Shown here in pieces: positions 59,344 to 64,000 of a DNA stretch of 64,000 nt. The translations under genes were made by a program, and so were the position numbers. Numbering within the stretch: position 1 is the stretch's first letter; every line of letters begins with the position of its first letter. The notes beneath the pieces are model-generated. The model was not told where the DNA came from, did not search any database, and saw only the letters and a list, made by a program, of their open reading frames with translations. The stretch comes from Massalongia carnosa (taxonomy: Eukaryota), in contig OZ287070.1 of the NCBI GenBank assembly GCA_965645245.1, positions 1-64,000 of the forward strand, in the 5' to 3' direction.

Positions 59344-62300
59344 TTAGCAACACTCTTCCTGGGAACGTCCAACTTTTTGTGCCCGGGCACGGCTCAAAAG
59401 ACTATACAGCGTTGAAGGAGGGTGCTTGAACGGGACTTCGGCGTGCGCTGGGTCTGCGTAGACCATCGAGAACCACATCATCTGCCGCCTAAGTCCCCGG
59501 CTCTGACTGGTCTTGGTCGACGTAATGAGACCCCGATTAGAAGGGTATGGAAGGATCCAGTGCGTCAGCCGGATGAGGTGTAAGAAGTCATCAAGCCATC
59601 GATCCGCCCGGCCGTACCCAAGACGCTGTTCTAGCATCACGAACGTCTTGTTCAGGATCACGCGGTACGGCTTGTTACCCCAACCACGCCGCTCTTCCTC
59701 ATCGGATAGGAATAGGAAGTTGAGGAGACCTATAGCCTTGTCGAACCGCATCTTGTTCCCGGTGACCATGTGCGGTGAACCTGGCTATCCAGTAACTGCG
59801 TCGACTAGGAACATCCTCTTCATGTCACGGTAGCAGAACCTAAACTCTGCAGGCGGCTTTGCACCTTCGCGTCTTAGCTCCTTAGTCTGCTTGTTGATCT
59901 CGTGCATGGCCTTCCAGATATCTGCGTCAAACTGCTCGAGGTTAAGAACGTGAAGGTACTCTAGCCAGGACTTAAGCAATCGAGGATTCTCCTGCACATT
60001 GTACCTCTCATACCATGACGCCGCTTGGTGGAAACGAATGAAGACGTCGCGGAGATCCTTTAATGCTCTCCACCTCCGCTTATACTCCTCGTGCATAAGC
60101 ATGTTCCCAACCAGGATGTTCTCACCATGAGGTGCTGCTAGTCGCCACGTCTCCCAGTTGATCTTATGCTTGAACCACCCTAACCCGGATAGCTCTATAC
60201 TCTCCTTCATTCCGAGTCCTTCCTTGACGATGGTCTTCCCTCCTTGGATAACCCTCCACCGGTCCTTAAACAGTAGGGACTCTCGCGCCAGCATATTTCC
60301 ACCGTAGCAGAAGCGGAGTCCCCGCAGCGCAACAATCATGATGATGGTCTCAGGCAGCGAGTACGTCTTAGCTGTGTGGGCAAGAACATGTTCGAACAGG
60401 AAGCAGTATTTGTTGATCTGGGCGTGGAGGAGGCATACAAAGTCGATTGTAGGTACAATGTAATATGCCAGTGGAGACGGTGTGTCTGCTATGTCGTCTA
60501 CGTCGTAGAGGTTCCACTGGCACCACTGTTCATATATCTCCTCCATCATGGTTAGGGATATCCGATGTTCTTCCCTCACTCCCTAAGACTTCCAGCGACT
60601 GTCCATGAGGTTTGCATGAGCCCGCTTCTTGCTGTGGAGATAGGCAAACTCGCACACACCCCTAGAGAACGTGATACCTCCGCCCTCCTGTTGCAGAGAA
60701 CGCACATATCTAGGGTCCAGGGCTAGGTTCTCCACCGAGTCGTTAGTAAAGACGTACACTTTTCGAAGATTCGAATAGAGTCTTGGCGAGAATATAGAAC
60801 TGAGAATATATCAGCCCATCCTTGGCCTTGTCACCCTGCGGTGCAGCAAACAGCGTCTGGCTCATCGTATCTCGCATGGTAGCCCAGGAGTATACAGTAC
60901 GCTTCGGGTTCCCTTTAGCCTTGCTTCCATCCGGGTTGAGGACCATCCTCGTCCTGCAATACTCATCTAGGCAGCACTTCTTCCACAAGAACACCTCGGC
61001 TTCGTGGTTCTCTGGTATCTGATCATAAGGAAGCGCGCTGTCCTGTGAGGTAATCTGCTTTGCAATGTCCACAAAGGTGCGATCTGGGTTGTAGAATTCC
61101 GGATCTGCTGCATCCAGCCACTGCCTCTTCCAGCCATTGCATGCTTCGACCAAACCAGTAGAGTCATTAGTTGCCAGCTTGGTGTTCTTGGAATGCGTGA
61201 ACAGTGTTGCGCTTTGGAACCGATGAAACCCAGGATTCTCATCTATGGTCCTACCAACCAAGGTCCAGAGCTCATCGAGGTACCGCGGCTGGATCGTATG
61301 GGCAACTAACTGTTGGTTGGCAGACTCCTTCCGTTTGAGGCTCTCTGCAGATATCGCCGTGGATGCAAGGTCGGCTATGCGAGAAGAGGCCGGATAGTTC
61401 AGCAGTATGTTGGAAGACTTAACAAGCTTGGTGATACAGGAAGAAGGATGCCATCCAACCAGAGCTGCTCGTCGCGCTTACTGAGATACGAGGTATGCTC
61501 ATGATCGCTTTCTTTGTGCAGGGCGGGAAAGAAGAAAAACATGAGAAGATCGCTCATGCCAACCACGCGCCCAAAGCTGTAGTGGGATATCTTATGCAGC
61601 GGGACATATCTTAGGGATGGATTGTCCTCGATCGTGGAACCAGGGACCTTCAACCCAAAGTGTATGTCGCCCGTGAGATTGAGGACGGGATGGGCCTTGG
61701 GGAACCACTCTATCCCGCGACGGGCAAACCCGAGACTCTGGGGGAAACAACAGGTGCTGTCGATGTCAAAACTGACCCTTGGTTGACGATTCTTCCGACT
61801 TGTAGCGTGTTTCTTGGACAGGCAAAGACTCGGAGGTAGTCCATCGTTATGAGGAGTGGCTTCATCCAGGCGAGCACTAGCAGTGCCTTCGAATGCCGCC
61901 TTGTAGCCGACGCCCTGGATATCGGTGGCTCTCATCAGTCGGGGGCTTTTGAGGACATCGGGAAGCGGAGTGCCCCCGTTGTGTAACCCTTTAACAATGG
62001 AAGTAATATCAGGTATGGATGAGCACTCTGAGTGCACACCTCGGCGTCGGTGGTGTTCTTCACGCTGGCGATCGGCTTCGGTATGCTGCTCATGAGTGCA
62101 GCACCGGAATTTACGTAGCTGCTTGGCCAGCTTAGAGGATGTGCTCTCAAGTTGACCAGGGCTCGGATTTGCGATATAGGCACTCTGCGCGCTACGCGGT
62201 GCCTGCTGTACTGCTAGTTGTGGACTTTGGCCTAGGGGGGGTTCTCTTGAAGGCACAGGTGGTAGTGCTTCAACAGATCCAGCAGGTTGATGAAAATCCG

Positions 62301-62598
62301 AGGGCGTAGGTGTAGATATAGCAATGCTTGGAGATGGGCGTGAAGTGGGCGAAGTAGGGTTAGAATCGACACTTGTCAAAGGCTTCATCCACGATAATAG
62401 CGTGTTTCTCTGCGTTGGGAACGAAGTCCCACGTCTACTACTGGTGCTACTTGACTGAGCCTTGGAAATCCTGCTGTGACTGCGGTGTGTATCTGCAGTA
62501 TGCTGTGAACTGCCCTGTTGTATATCAGTATTCGGTGGACTATGAATTGCTGTGTTGTTGTGTCTGGGTGCTGATGATTCGACTGTTAGAATGTACAA
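59344..62598 (-). pseudogene. Decayed ~1,080-codon gene of unknown family
   Basis: ORFs 61399-62598, 60743-61261, 59785-60579 and 59344-59769 join through two frameshifts (~61438, ~60765) and two TAG stops into one protein-like sequence. Confidence 0.7.
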
Positions 62599-63384
62599 AT
62601 CAAGCTACTTCATTTCAGCCGCACTCACCTTCTACCGCACGAGTATGACGCACGCTAATGGCTAGACGTATCGCTAGTCTAATACTAGCATACCGTACAT
62701 TGTCTATAAATCTAGCTATTCCCACTATATAGAACAATAGCAAGCGTTCTATCCTCTATCTACTATACTACCTTTTGATATCGACATCACTAAACTGCTA
62801 GGCGGCGTAGTCAGAATACAGTGACCCGGCCTTGCTGCTCTCCTGCCTCTCTTGTTGCCCAAATCGTAGTGCCTGGAGCACTTCTGCTGCCTCGAGATAG
62901 GCTATCGACTCCTCTAACCGTGCCGTAAACCACCGCGTCATAGTCTGCGTCTTCAATAATTGTCACCTCCTCTGTGCGTATTTTCTCAACTTGTCGAATG
63001 ATTTCGGGCTCCTCGTGTAGGGATTTTGGAGTTGCAGTTCGAGGGGGGTTGTCCTGGGTTAGGTATGCTTCGGGTTCAAGCTCTTCCTCACAGTCTTCCA
63101 CAATATCGCGATCCGGGGGGATTGGTATGTCTGGGCTGGTTCGCAGACCAATGGCAGGCCCCCCCCCCCCCTGTATAAATCTTTACTAGTAAACAGCCTT
63201 TTTATTACTCATCCAGGGTGCGTACAAGCTAGTAGTTAGACTACGTATTAATAATGTTGCTGTTACTGACTAATTGTATTCCACACCTACAAATCTACCG
63301 ATTGCGATGACTTCAACTCCAAAAACGCGTCAGCCAATTGCGATACATCATCTTTTCTAGGCTTCATAGTTTTAGCAACCTTTC

Positions 63385-63915
63385 TCATCGCCGTTCCTTT
63401 CTCGCTTGAGCCCTAGCCTGTTTGACTGATTTCTCGACTCTTTGCTGAGATTCCAACTGCAACTGAGCCTTTGATTTCTTCGCCACACCCCGAGACCTTC
63501 GCGTTGTTGCAGAGGAAGTAGGGAGAATTTGACTGGCGCGCACGTTTTGGCTAAGACTATAAAGAGATGGAGCCGGCGCTGCCTGAGGTAGGGCTTTTTG
63601 ACTATGCTTGGCAAGCACATCGTCAATATCTTCGAGCGAATCCGACGAGGCTTCTGATGTAAGAATAATATTATTTTCGTCATCCGAAGGAAGCATAGGA
63701 TCCATAGAACGACCGAGAATGGGCTGAGTGCTTATATACTGCACCTCGTCATCGTCGTCGGAGACGATAGACGCGTTTTCGATTCTCTCCATAACTAAGT
63801 TTTCTCCTAAACCTATTGTACCCAATATTAGCCGACCCGAGCGCAATAACTTTGCAACATCGTGAATTTTACCTTCTGTTTCACCTTCAACCTCATCGTC
63901 GCCCCCAGCACGCAA
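63385..63915 (-). other. Low-complexity acidic/basic ORF, possibly the 3' part of a gene continuing beyond the window
   Basis: 176-aa ORF with D/E-rich stretches and a basic tail; no recognisable domain. Confidence 0.3.
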
Positions 63916-64000
63916 TCTATTATATCTAAGCCTCCTCCCTTGTTCAATAGAGTCCCTTTGCCTAGTACGTCGCTGTTCAGTTTCTCTAGCCTCAGCTGCC

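Overview
This is a fungal (ascomycete-like) chromosome end. (CCCTAA)28 is joined directly onto the 3' part of a Ty3/Gypsy pol, followed by about 58 kb of nested transposable elements. These comprise five chromodomain-bearing Gypsy elements (A, B, D, F, G), a degenerate Ty1/Copia hosting further insertions, an apparently intact Ngaro-type tyrosine-recombinase retrotransposon, an intact DD34E Tc1 transposon plus a remnant, a LINE fragment, several solo LTRs, a MITE-like element and a putative 12.5-kb TIR element with a 2-bp TSD. The last 6 kb hold a decayed ~1,080-codon gene of unknown family. I recognise no conserved host gene. The most notable signals are: (1) probable UGA-CUA readthrough fusing gag and RT in the Ngaro element, plus a palindromic circle junction; (2) de novo telomere healing inside a retrotransposon; (3) the cryptic CATCGG...CCGATG TIR element; (4) the unknown gene with Rep_trans-like motif order next to an iteron-like motif cluster. 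All boundaries and comparisons were read by eye; no database search was run.
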